DNA of 64,000 bases from positions 1,728,001-1,792,000 of the forward strand of contig CAUVXB020000001.1 in the NCBI GenBank assembly GCA_963555825.3. Reading direction: 5' to 3'. The notes beneath the pieces were generated by a model. That model worked only from the letters and a program-made list of their open reading frames with translations, was not told the DNA's origin and did not search any database. Positions 1 to 9,056 of this stretch are shown one piece after another. Position numbers and translations under genes: made by a program. Positions within the stretch are counted from its first letter, which is position 1; each line of letters starts with the position of its first letter. This stretch comes from Alphaproteobacteria bacterium. GTDB lineage: Bacteria; Pseudomonadota; Alphaproteobacteria; JAAXGF01.

Positions 1-481
1 CGACGAGGTGACGTCGGCTCTCGATGTTTCGGTTCAGGCCGCCGTCCTCGACCTGTTGACCCAGCTTCAGGCCGATCGAGGGACGACCTATCTTTTTGTC
101 TCCCATGACTTGGCGGTGGTCCGTGCCTTGGCCGATCGCGTGGCGGTGCTCTACCAGGGCCGGCTGTGCGAAATCGGCCCCTCGCCGGCAGTCTATCGCC
201 TGCCCTCCCATCCCTACACCGAAGTGCTGATCGGCGCGGTATTGGAGCCCGATCCAGACACCAAGCCGACCTTGGCCGCCGAGGACACGGTGGACCTCTT
301 CCCGCCAGCCAGGGGCTGCCCATTTCAACGCCGCTGCCCACGGCGCATTGGCACGATCTGCGACACGGAGATACCGCCCTGGCAGCCCACGGAGTCTGGC
401 CACGCGATCCGCTGTCACATTCCCTTGAATGAGTTGCATGGTGCGCAGGAGAAGGCATCGAACGCAGTCGCCGCCAAGTAA
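1..481 (+). CDS. Peptide/oligopeptide ABC transporter ATP-binding protein, C-terminal part (runs off the window edge)
   Basis: DEVTSALDVSVQA Walker B/D-loop, SHDL H-loop, HPYT motif and GCPF..RC..C..C oligo_HPY tail. Confidence 0.9.
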   Translation, partial: DEVTSALDVSVQAAVLDLLTQLQADRGTTYLFVSHDLAVVRALADRVAVLYQGRLCEIGPSPAVYRLPSHPYTEVLIGAVLEPDPDTKPTLAAEDTVDLFPPARGCPFQRRCPRRIGTICDTEIPPWQPTESGHAIRCHIPLNELHGAQEKASNAVAAK

Positions 482-889
482 GCGTAGGCCAGGCTATCAA
501 CCGGGGATGTGTTGCAACAGCCCCCCTGGATTTCCGTATTCGCTTATTGAACCGCACACCCCGCTGAATGTCCGAGATGGGTCAACGGACTAAACCGCTC
601 TCGCGGTAGTTTTAGCGACAGGTGGGGCGGTCTTCGGGGTAACGGGGCGGGTCTGTCCTGTGTTGAGATTTGGGGTTTCGAACCTCACTCAAGACAGGTG
701 TCAATGGCGGAGCAAAAAGGGACCACCTCGGCGGTGTAAGAAGGGACCGCTTGGCGGCTGCGGGCTTGTCCCCGTAGTCCACGGGAGGGCCCCGCGCGCG
801 ACGCGGCGTGCCCTCAACAGGCTGACGCGGCGGCGCGCGCGGGAGGGACCTGTGGGCCCACGGGGTCAAGCGTGGGCTGGGTGGTCGGT

Positions 890-1654
890 TCAGTTAGCAG
901 TCGGGGTTTGACGCCTGCGGCTCTGGTTGAGCCTGTAGCTGTCACCGTTCATCTCGAGGATGTTGACGTGGTGGGTGAGGCGATCGAGGAGCGCGCCGGT
1001 GAGGCGCTCGGAGCCGAACACCTCGGTCCATTCGTCGAAGGGCAGATTGGTGGTGACCAGGGTCGAGCCCCGCTCGTAGCGTTGGCTGAACACCTCGAAC
1101 AACAGCTCGGCGCCGGTCTTCGACAGCGGCACGAAGCCGAGTTCGTCGACGATCAGAAGCTTGTAGGTGGCGAGCTTCTTCTGGAACCTCAGCAGCTGCT
1201 TGTCATCGCGGGCCTCGATGAGTTCGTGGACCAGCGCGGCGGCGGTGATGAAGCCGACCGAGAGGCCCTTCTGGCAGGCCGCCAGGCCGAGACCGAGGGC
1301 GATGTGGGTCTTGCCGGTCCCACTGTTGCCGAGCGCGATGAGGTTCTCGCGGCGCTCGATGTACTCGCAGCGGGCCAGCTCCAGGACCAGCGCCTTGTTG
1401 AGCGAGGGGATGACCTTGAAGTCGAAGCTGTCGAGGCTCTTGACCACGGGGAAGCGCGCCGCCTTGATGCGCCGCTCGACCATGCGGCGCTCGCGGTCGA
1501 TCAGCTCGAGCTCGGCGAGTCTCAACAGGTAGCGGACGTGATCGACGCCTTCCGAGGCGCACTGCCGGGCGATCTTGTCGTACTCGCGCAGGAAGGTCGG
1601 CAGCTTCAGCGTCTTGAGGTGGTGGGCGAGCAGCACTTGCGGTGTGTCGGTCAT
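890..1654 (-). CDS. istB: IS21 helper ATPase IstB
   Basis: GNSGTGKTH Walker A, LLIVDELG Walker B, LLDRLTHH. Confidence 0.95.
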   Translation of the reverse strand: MTDTPQVLLAHHLKTLKLPTFLREYDKIARQCASEGVDHVRYLLRLAELELIDRERRMVERRIKAARFPVVKSLDSFDFKVIPSLNKALVLELARCEYIERRENLIALGNSGTGKTHIALGLGLAACQKGLSVGFITAAALVHELIEARDDKQLLRFQKKLATYKLLIVDELGFVPLSKTGAELLFEVFSQRYERGSTLVTTNLPFDEWTEVFGSERLTGALLDRLTHHVNILEMNGDSYRLNQSRRRQTPTAN

Positions 1655-2304
1655 GCGCCGAGCCCCGACAGCAGGCTCATGTACGACTTGGCGGACGTCA
1701 TCGCGACCCGGGCGCGCGGCAGATACGGATAGACGTCGAGGTTGAGCCTGGGCGGCCGCCGCTCGATGCGGCACAGTACCAGGTGCTTCACCGCATCAAA
1801 GCCGATTGCGCCGAGCCGCAGGGCGTCGCCGACCGCACCCTCGACCTCCTCGAGCCGGAAGGTCTCCAGTAGACGGAGCACCTGGACGTACTCGCGCTTG
1901 CCTGCCTTGCCCATACGAGCTTCGAGGAGCCGCCGCAGAGTGATGAAGGCCTCGGGCAGGTCCCAGCCCGCCAACGGCGCGGCCTGGTCGAGGGCGCCGA
2001 TCTTCTGCTCGATCAAGGGCAGGTAATGCAGCGGGTCGAAGATCAGGTCCTCGCTGTCGTAGGACCGGCGGTGCCGGGCGATCACCTCGGCCCCGCAGCT
2101 GATCACCACCTCATCGACGTAGCCCCGGATGAGCACCTCACGGTGGCCGTAGGCCACGGGCACGGAATAGTCGTTGCTGCGGTAACGCACCAGCGACAGC
2201 GAACTCGCCCGTCCAGGGCGCTTATCGCAGGCATCATAGGGAGCAGGCGGCAATGGCAAGAGAACTTGACGATCCCGCTCGAGACGCTCGCCGATGGTCT
2301 CCTT
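1651..2304 (-). pseudogene. istA: IS21 transposase IstA, 3' remnant
   Basis: Identical to the C-terminal part of 9818-11317; cut next to the IS66 end. Confidence 0.9.
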
Positions 2305-2367
2305 ATATGTAAGCGTTCGTTCAGGTCGTGGAATCAGCGCGGGCGTTTCCATTCGCCCCGGCCGATT

Positions 2368-3249
2368 TTAGCGATTGAGGGTGCGTTTCCAATCCCGTCG
2401 CAGGGGCCGGAGCCAGACATCCTTTTTAGGCTTGTCGGACTGCCTGTCCCGGTCGTAGCGCCCGCGCCCCTGGGTGGTCCCGACGCGGGTCCAGCCGGAG
2501 GCCCTGTAAACGGCGCCGGTGTAGCGCGGGGTCTCGACGAAGGTCTCGATGAGCACGGGCGTGGTGTTGTAGCGCTCGGTCCAGTCATCGGGCAGGCGCC
2601 GGCGGATGATGGCCAGGATGTGCGAACCCAGGTTGGGGATATTGATCCAGGGCAGGATCAGGAATCTCGGGTTGTCGACCACGAAGGGAAGGTTCTTCTC
2701 GCGCTTCTGCCGTGTCCATCCGATGAAGTTGTCGCGCGGGGCGAGCTTCCACGCGGCGGTGGAGAAGCCGAGCATGGCGAGCGGCCAGCCGTCGCGGTCG
2801 TGGACGGCGTAGCGCATCTGGGCGCCGACCAGGGTCTTGTATCCGAGATAGTGGTAGCGGGCGACGAACTCGTTCCAGAGCTTGCTCTCCCGGGTGCCGC
2901 GCACGACGGGGCGCAGGTCGAGCGGACGGACCTCGTCGAGGGTCGTCGGGGCCGGGAACAGCGGCGCTTCGGTGTCCGGCCCGAAGACGATCGGCCCGGG
3001 CCGGTTCTGCCGTCCCTGCGGCGCCGGCAGGGCGATCAGGCCGTCCCTGTGCATGGCCAGCATGGCGACCCTGGCCATCATGTCCTTGAGGCCGCCGTCG
3101 GGCTTGAACCAGCCGATGCGCCGGCAGAACTCCTTCGACAGCATATGGCGGTTCAACGGCGGCGGCCCGGCGATCAGCGCGCGCAGCAGCGCCATTTCCC
3201 CGGCGGTGAAGTCGCGGCCGTAATAACGGCACTCGATCGCGCCGGTCAC
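2368..3249 (-). CDS. DUF4338 / DruA-like protein
   Basis: YHYLGY..LVGAQMRY, AAWKLAPRDNFIGW, NPRFLILPW, PVLIETFV, GAVYRASGW motifs; probable GTG start overlaps the transposase TGA (GTGA). Confidence 0.8.
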   Translation of the reverse strand: MTGAIECRYYGRDFTAGEMALLRALIAGPPPLNRHMLSKEFCRRIGWFKPDGGLKDMMARVAMLAMHRDGLIALPAPQGRQNRPGPIVFGPDTEAPLFPAPTTLDEVRPLDLRPVVRGTRESKLWNEFVARYHYLGYKTLVGAQMRYAVHDRDGWPLAMLGFSTAAWKLAPRDNFIGWTRQKREKNLPFVVDNPRFLILPWINIPNLGSHILAIIRRRLPDDWTERYNTTPVLIETFVETPRYTGAVYRASGWTRVGTTQGRGRYDRDRQSDKPKKDVWLRPLRRDWKRTLNR

Positions 3250-5909
3250 GCCGGCGCCATGAGTTCGCGCCTGCGCTCCTCGCTCATCGACCATGGCAGC
3301 CACGGCGACAGGTCGTCCGGTGGTTTGCGATCGTTCTCCGCGCACGCTGCGAGCCACGTGTCCAGCCAGCTCAGGATGTCGATGCCATTCATCGAGAGCG
3401 TGCCCACCACCGAGTACATGATCGCCGTGAACCTGGCGCCGTCCTCGCTGTCGGAACCGAACGACAGTCGTCGCCCTATGGCCGGACCTCGTAACAATCT
3501 TTCGGCGCGATTGTTATCCAGAGGCACCTGCGGGCGGTCGACGAACACGCTCAGCCCTTCGCGATGGTTCAGCAGCGAGCGCAGCGCCCTGCCCTGGCGC
3601 GCCTGGTCCGGCAGGCCGACCAACTCCCGGGCGGCCTCCGCGAACAGGCCGTCGAGCGCCGCCTTCAACGCGCCCTGCGCCGCGTCGAACGCCGGCGTCT
3701 GGCGCTTGATCACGGGGTCGTAATGAGCCAACCTCGCCTCGTTCAGGCGGTAGATCGACGCGATCCGCTCGATCCATCCCTGGCACCAGTCCGTCAGTCT
3801 CACCTGGCCGGCCGCGCACTCGACAAAATCGCGGCGCATATGGGACCAACAGAATGCAAGGGTCACCTTGCCCTCGCGAAGGCGAGCGAGTCGCTTGTAG
3901 GCGCTATAGCGATCGCAGACGATGACCGTGTCGAGGAGAGCGTCGCCGAACAGCTTCTGCGCCGCCTCGGCGCTGCGCGAGGGGTCGATATGGAAAGAGA
4001 CCGCGTCATTGCTGACCGAGACCCACAGCCAGGCGCGGCTCGAGCGGTCTTCCCCGCGAAGTTCCTGGACGCGCCAGCTGGTCTCGTCGGCATGGCGCAG
4101 CGCCGCCTTGTTCTGGTGCGCAAGGATCGCCTCGGCCAGCGGCTCGAGCAGCGGCACGAACCGCTTCAGGCTGTCGGCCAGCGTCCCCGGCGAGACCGTC
4201 AGCCCTTGGGCGGACATCCACGCGGCAACGCGGTGCACGGGGCGGAAGCAGGCACAGTGCTCGAACAGGAAGCGTGCCCAGAAGCTGGTCCCGTAGAGCG
4301 TCCTGGGGAACAGCCGCGGCACCGGGGGCGCCGACACTTCCATGGGCGACGACGCGCACTCGCAGGTCCGGCGCCAGCGCGGACGGCGGATCACGCGCTT
4401 GTAGGCCTTGACCTCGATCTCGACGAGGGTGGATTCCTCGGCGCCGTTCGGCGCATAGGGCTGCCCGCACCGGCCGCAGACGCACGCATCCGGCGGCGGG
4501 TTGTGCTCTTCGGTGCGCTCATCGAGCCCGGGCCGCTGGGTGCGGCCGTGGCCGGGCGCGCCGCGCTGCTGGCCGCGCTTGTGTTCCGAGCCCGGCTTGT
4601 CCTGCTGCTCGCTCTTGCGGCCGTAGAGCGCCCTCGACAGCACCGCCCCGGTCGCACGAAGCCTCTCAAGCTGGACTTCCAGTGTCTCGATCCGGTTCCG
4701 CGACGTCTTCGCGCCCTTGCGCAGGCGGGCGTTCTCCCGGGACAGCGACTTGATCGTAGCCTTCTGGCGCCGCGACCTTCGCAGAGCCCTGCGGAGATCG
4801 GCGTCTGCAACGGACAGCGACTTCGACAACGTCTTCCTGACCGCCCGAAGCCCGGCAAGCTCGGACTCGAGTGCCTTCCTGATCGCGCGAAGCTTGGCAG
4901 GCTGAACCGCCAGCGCCGCTTTCCGGGTCTCCAACTCCCGCATGGTCCTGCGCAGACGGGCGTTGCCCTTGCGCAGCGCGTTGATCGTCGTCTTCTGACG
5001 CCGTGATCGCCTTAACGCCGCGCGCAGTTGAGCGGCCTCGTCGGACGGCAGCTTCGACAGGGTCGCCCCGGCCGCCCGAAGCTTGGCGAGCCGGGCCTTC
5101 AACTTCTCCTTACCGGCTTTGGACACCTCCAGGGCATGGCGCAGCCAGAAAACCTCGTCGGACAGCGACCGGGCGCGGGCCTCGGCGTCGCCCAGTATCC
5201 TCACCTCCCGGTGGAGCCGAAGGGACTCGCTGGACAGCTTCTTCGCGGTCTCCCTGATGCGCTCCGTCCTCTCCTTCTCCTGGTCGAGGCGCGTGTTCAG
5301 CCGGGCGTTCTCCTTGTCCCGCCGGACCACCTCCTTGTCGAGCCGGCGGAGTTCCGTGCGAAGCGACCTGACGGTCTCCTTCTGGTCCGGGGAAGGCTCC
5401 AGGACGGTGCGCCGCCGGGGCGGAGCGGGCCACGGCCCGGTCGCGCCCTCTCGGGCCTTCGATGCCGCCAGGGCCTTGCGCAGCCGGGCGTTCTCCTTGC
5501 GCAGCGCCCCGGCCGTATCGAAGGCCGACGCGATGCCGGCTTCAGAAAGGAGCGTCTCCAGGCGCGCCACTTCCGCCTGCAAGGACGGCACGTCCCTTGC
5601 CGTGCGGCGGGCTTCCTTCGTCTCTTCGACGGCCTCACTCAGCCTGCGCCGGCAGGCCTTGAACCGAGACTTCCACGAACCGCCATCGCTGCGGGCGGCC
5701 ACTTCCGCCCAGCGCAGCTCTTCCGCGCGCGCTTCGGCCGCGTCCGCCCGCGCCCGTTCCCGCTCACACTGTGACCGCCAGTCGCGCGGCGCGTGCTCCG
5801 GCGCCGACACGGGGGACAACCGGACCCCGCCATTACCCTCGACCAGCGTCAGGTTGGTGCCAAAATCCTCGTCCAGAACCACCATGCGCACGACGATAGC
5901 GCATGGCAA
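3246..5909 (-). CDS. IS66 transposase (TnpC-like) with a long basic coiled-coil N-terminal extension
   Basis: LYGRKSEQ, CxxCG zinc finger, HADETSW, CDRYSAY, CWSHMRR, DNNRAERLLR. Confidence 0.88.
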   Translation of the reverse strand: MPCAIVVRMVVLDEDFGTNLTLVEGNGGVRLSPVSAPEHAPRDWRSQCERERARADAAEARAEELRWAEVAARSDGGSWKSRFKACRRRLSEAVEETKEARRTARDVPSLQAEVARLETLLSEAGIASAFDTAGALRKENARLRKALAASKAREGATGPWPAPPRRRTVLEPSPDQKETVRSLRTELRRLDKEVVRRDKENARLNTRLDQEKERTERIRETAKKLSSESLRLHREVRILGDAEARARSLSDEVFWLRHALEVSKAGKEKLKARLAKLRAAGATLSKLPSDEAAQLRAALRRSRRQKTTINALRKGNARLRRTMRELETRKAALAVQPAKLRAIRKALESELAGLRAVRKTLSKSLSVADADLRRALRRSRRQKATIKSLSRENARLRKGAKTSRNRIETLEVQLERLRATGAVLSRALYGRKSEQQDKPGSEHKRGQQRGAPGHGRTQRPGLDERTEEHNPPPDACVCGRCGQPYAPNGAEESTLVEIEVKAYKRVIRRPRWRRTCECASSPMEVSAPPVPRLFPRTLYGTSFWARFLFEHCACFRPVHRVAAWMSAQGLTVSPGTLADSLKRFVPLLEPLAEAILAHQNKAALRHADETSWRVQELRGEDRSSRAWLWVSVSNDAVSFHIDPSRSAEAAQKLFGDALLDTVIVCDRYSAYKRLARLREGKVTLAFCWSHMRRDFVECAAGQVRLTDWCQGWIERIASIYRLNEARLAHYDPVIKRQTPAFDAAQGALKAALDGLFAEAARELVGLPDQARQGRALRSLLNHREGLSVFVDRPQVPLDNNRAERLLRGPAIGRRLSFGSDSEDGARFTAIMYSVVGTLSMNGIDILSWLDTWLAACAENDRKPPDDLSPWLPWSMSEERRRELMAPA

Positions 5910-6008
5910 ATCGCGTTACCAGCAGAAAGACAGCACCTTGTGGGGCCTCGCCTCAACGTGGGAGATGCGCTTGACGGGACCCATTCCACGGCCTGAACGA
6001 ACGCTTAC

Positions 6009-6216
6009 GGCCAAGCCTTGCCTTGCCATGCTCCTCGCTCCGGCCTGCCAAGCCTGGTCTGGCTCGGACGTACTCCCTGACTCCCCTTATCGGCACGTCT
6101 AGCCTAACCATGTTCCCCGCCTTGCCAAGCCGCGTATGGCCTCGCCAGACCCTGCCAAGCGCCGTACCCTGCCTGAGCGGCCGTGCCAACCTTGCCCTGC
6201 CACGCCTCGAGCCTTG
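6009..6216 (-). repeat. GGY-NN pentamer-periodic tract (26 GGY units in two blocks); candidate guide-like ncRNA
   Basis: RCC on + strand at 6010, 6015, 6020, 6025, 6043, 6047, 6052 | 6102, 6107, 6119, 6124, 6129, 6139, 6144, 6149, 6154, 6161, 6166, 6171, 6180, 6185, 6189, 6194, 6199, 6204, 6211; begins just after the stop codon of 6217-6801. Confidence 0.8.
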
Positions 6217-6801
6217 TCAGCTGCTCTTGGTGACCTCCACCTCGAAGCGGCCGAACAACCCACCGCGCTGCGGCCGATAGTCGCCGAGTCCGATGCGTGT
6301 GCCGGCAATATCTGCCCACAATTTGATGTTGAAGAGGTCCGCGACATCAGGGTCGTGCTCGGCTTCGACCGTCAGAAACCAAACGGGAAAGATCGCGCGC
6401 GTGCGGATAACGCGCGACGTGCCCACCTTGACTGAACGGCGATCGACGAAGGTGTCCTGCTGCTCCCACAGTGCGTCCGGCCCGTCCGGCCCGTCATAGT
6501 CGAACTTCACGCTTGAGACCGTGAACGAGCCAGAGAATAGCGGCCCTTCCTTGCGTCGCTTGGCGGCGGCGTAGAGGCACGAATGAACGTTGTCGATCGG
6601 GATGGTAGGCCGGCCGGCGGTATCGAGATACAGCGAACAGTGGAACTCGCGTCGCGCGAGCTCGATGATATCGGTCTCGGTCTTCTTCCGTTTGCCGGTA
6701 ATCTCGCTCAGCCACCGCGCGTCCCGCGACAGCGGGTCCGAGGACCTATCGGAGTGCATCAGCAGCGGCGAAACGCCCTTGCATTCGATCCTGATGGACA
6801 T
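6217..6801 (-). CDS. Solitary RAMP/Cas7-like protein (phage/MGE type), 194 aa
   Basis: N-terminal strand IECKGVSPLLMH, PTIPIDNVHSCL helix, RTRAIFPVW and C-terminal glycine loop IGLGDYRPQRGGLFGRFEV; GGAGG RBS upstream of the ATG. Confidence 0.72.
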   Translation of the reverse strand: MSIRIECKGVSPLLMHSDRSSDPLSRDARWLSEITGKRKKTETDIIELARREFHCSLYLDTAGRPTIPIDNVHSCLYAAAKRRKEGPLFSGSFTVSSVKFDYDGPDGPDALWEQQDTFVDRRSVKVGTSRVIRTRAIFPVWFLTVEAEHDPDVADLFNIKLWADIAGTRIGLGDYRPQRGGLFGRFEVEVTKSS

Positions 6802-7110
6802 TCATTGTGCCTCCTGTCGTGGTGACCAGCGAGCCGGTTGACAAGTTGCCACACAAGCATCTCGTACGCCGACGGTGACAGCCTTACGAAATTCTGTGGG
6901 AACATGCCCACCAACTAACTGATGCTAGGGTCCAAGTGATCTACACGACTGATCAGAAAGTGCAAATTCTTGCCTCGTTTGACCGTGATTCCTACGACAT
7001 TTGACCCTAAATCCGGCAGTTGGGCGAAGGGTTGATGGCGGGATTCCCTTGTAGACTGGGGGAGGGGAATTTATCACCTCTCTAAATTATTGATGTAACT
7101 CTATAATTCT

Positions 7111-7136
7111 GGACTCACTCTCGCGCGTTCCCGCCA
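7111..7136 (+). other. Possible att-site remnant (tRNA 3'-end-like, ...GCGTTCCCGCCA)
   Basis: Ends in CCGCCA at the boundary between the AT-richer RAMP segment and GC-rich asnB; TTTGACC direct repeats nearby (~6978, ~7000). Confidence 0.3.
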
Positions 7137-7260
7137 ACACGATATCGGTGCCCCTACTGCGACGGGCCGTCTCGCGTTCTTGCGCGTCGCCTTCTCGCCG
7201 TCGGCGAATATGCTCCTCGGCGGCGCGCGTGTTGCCGCCGACGCCGGTCGATGGAGGGAC

Positions 7261-8865
7261 TCACGCACTGCCGATCCCCCAGGTCTCCCGCCACAATTCG
7301 AACATCAGGACGGTCCATAGTTGATACTGACGGTTTCGGTTGCCGGAGAGGTGCTCGGCCCAGGCGCTGCGGATCGGCGCAGGCTCGAAATAGCCCCCCT
7401 CCCGCAGGCGCTTCTCGGCGAGCAGGCCCTCGGCCCAGTCCCTGAGCGGTCCCCGGAGCCAGCAGTCGATCGGCACGCCAAAACCCATCTTCGGGCGGTC
7501 GGTGAGCCGCTCCGGCACGTAGCGGCGGAGCACTTGGCGCAGCAGCCACTTGCCCTGGCCGCCCCGCACCTTCATGGCGGCGGGCAGGCGCCAGGCGAAC
7601 TCCACGACCCGGTGATCAAGCAGCGGTACCCGCGCTTCGAGCCCGACCGCCATGCTTGCGCGATCGACCTTGGCGAGGATGTCGTCGGGGAGATAGGTCA
7701 CGGTATCAAGGAGCTGCATGCGCTCCGTGAAGCCCGTGAAGTCGCGTCGGAGCGTCGCGTCCCAGAGGATTCCGCGCGGCTCCCGCCCTCTTGAGACCAG
7801 CGCGTCCGGGTCGACCCACTGAGACACAAGCTGCCGGTAAAGCGCGTCCTCGTCCGTTGCCGACAGGAGGCCGGCGAGCTTGTGCGCCTTGTCGCCGGCT
7901 TGCGGCGGGCGCAGCGAGCGCGGTACCGCCTGGAAGAGGCAGTCCCAGGCAGATGGAGGGACGGCGCGCAACTGCGACGCGAGCGCGGCCCGCAGCGGGC
8001 GCGGCCAGGCCCTGACCCGCCGCCACAGTGCCGCCGCCCTGACATGGCGGTTGTAGCCCGCGAAGACCTCGTCGCCGCCGTCGCCGGAGAGCGCGACCGT
8101 CACGTCGCGCCGGGTCATCTCGGAGACCAGATAGGTGGGAATCTGCGATGAATCGGCGAAGGGTTCGTCGTACCAATCGGCGAGCCGGGGCAGCACCGCG
8201 AGCGCATGATCCTCCGTGACGCGGAGTTCAGTGTGATCCGAGCCCAGGTGCGCCGCGACCCGCTTCGCATCATCTGCCTCGTCGTAGCCTGCCTCGGCGA
8301 AGCCAATGGTGAAGGATTTGACCGGCCTCTCGCTCTCGGCCTGCATCAGGGCCAGCACGGTCGAGCTGTCGATGCCACCGGAGAGGAAGACGCCGAGCGG
8401 CACGTCCGCGACCATCCGCCGCTTCACGGCATCGCGCAGGAGCGTATCGAGCGATTCGACGGCGGCTCCGTCGTCGAGCGCGTCACGCCCGCGCACGGCG
8501 TCGCGCGCGAGACTCCGCAGGTCCCAGTAGCGGTGACGCTTTTCCGCCCCGTGCACGTCGATCTCGACCATGCAGCCCGGCTCCAGCTTCTCGATCCCCT
8601 GGAAGATGGAGTGCGGTGCAGGCACGTAGGCGTGCCGGAGGTAGGCGGCGAGGGCGTCCCGATCCACCACCGGGCGCCAGGCGGGATGGTCGGCGAAGGC
8701 CTTGGGCTGGGAGCCGAAGAACAGCACCCCGCCTGAGCGGCCCCAGTAGAGCGGCTTGATGCCGAGGCGGTCGCGGACCAGAGTGAGGCGCCGGGCGTGC
8801 ACGTCCCAGAAGGCGAAGGCGAACATGCCGATGAACTTCGACACCGCGCGCTCCACACCCCAGGC
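7261..8865 (-). pseudogene. asnB: Asparagine synthase (glutamine-hydrolysing), 5'-truncated by IS21
   Basis: RDRLGIKPLY, LSGGIDSS, SGDGGDE, LEARVPLLD; the N-terminal Cys/GATase start is replaced by IS21 end sequence. Confidence 0.9.
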
Positions 8866-9056
8866 TGTCAATGGCGGAGCAAAAAGGGACCACCTCGGCG
8901 GTGTAAGAAGGGACCGCTTGGCGGCTGCGGGCTTGTCCCCGTAGTCCACGGGAGGGCCCCGCGCGCGACGCGGCGTGCCCTCAACAGGCTGACGCGGCGG
9001 CGCGCGCGGGAGGGACCTGTGGGCCCACGGGGTCAAGCGTGGGCTGGGTGGTCGGT

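Larger units (their letters stand above)
699..2304 (-). mobile_element. IS21-family element, truncated copy (istB intact, 5' part of istA lost)
   Basis: Starts TGTCAATGGCGGAGC; essentially identical to the copy at 8866-11437 up to position 2304. Confidence 0.93.
2309..6008 (-). mobile_element. IS66-family element (3.7 kb) carrying a DUF4338 passenger gene
   Basis: 26-bp TIRs GTAAGCGTTCGTTCAGGTCGTGGAAT / ATTCCACGGCCTGAACGAACGCTTAC (1 mismatch); flanks CCTTATAT and GGCCAAGC do not form a TSD. Confidence 0.88.

Noticed and set aside
482-698. Possible IS end or small repeat (GGACTAAACCGCTCTCGCGGTAG)
   Set aside because: No partner end or ORF in the window, so it cannot be assigned
6009-6216. 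CRISPR array, or the short ORFs 5953-6189, 6023-6280 and 6104-6319
   Set aside because: No 25-45-bp repeats with spacers. The ORFs are low-complexity translations of the pentamer periodicity and overlap the IS66 end or the RAMP gene.
8866-9036. N-terminus of the 591-aa asnB ORF
   Set aside because: It is IS21 terminal sequence, identical to ORF 612-869, fused by chance
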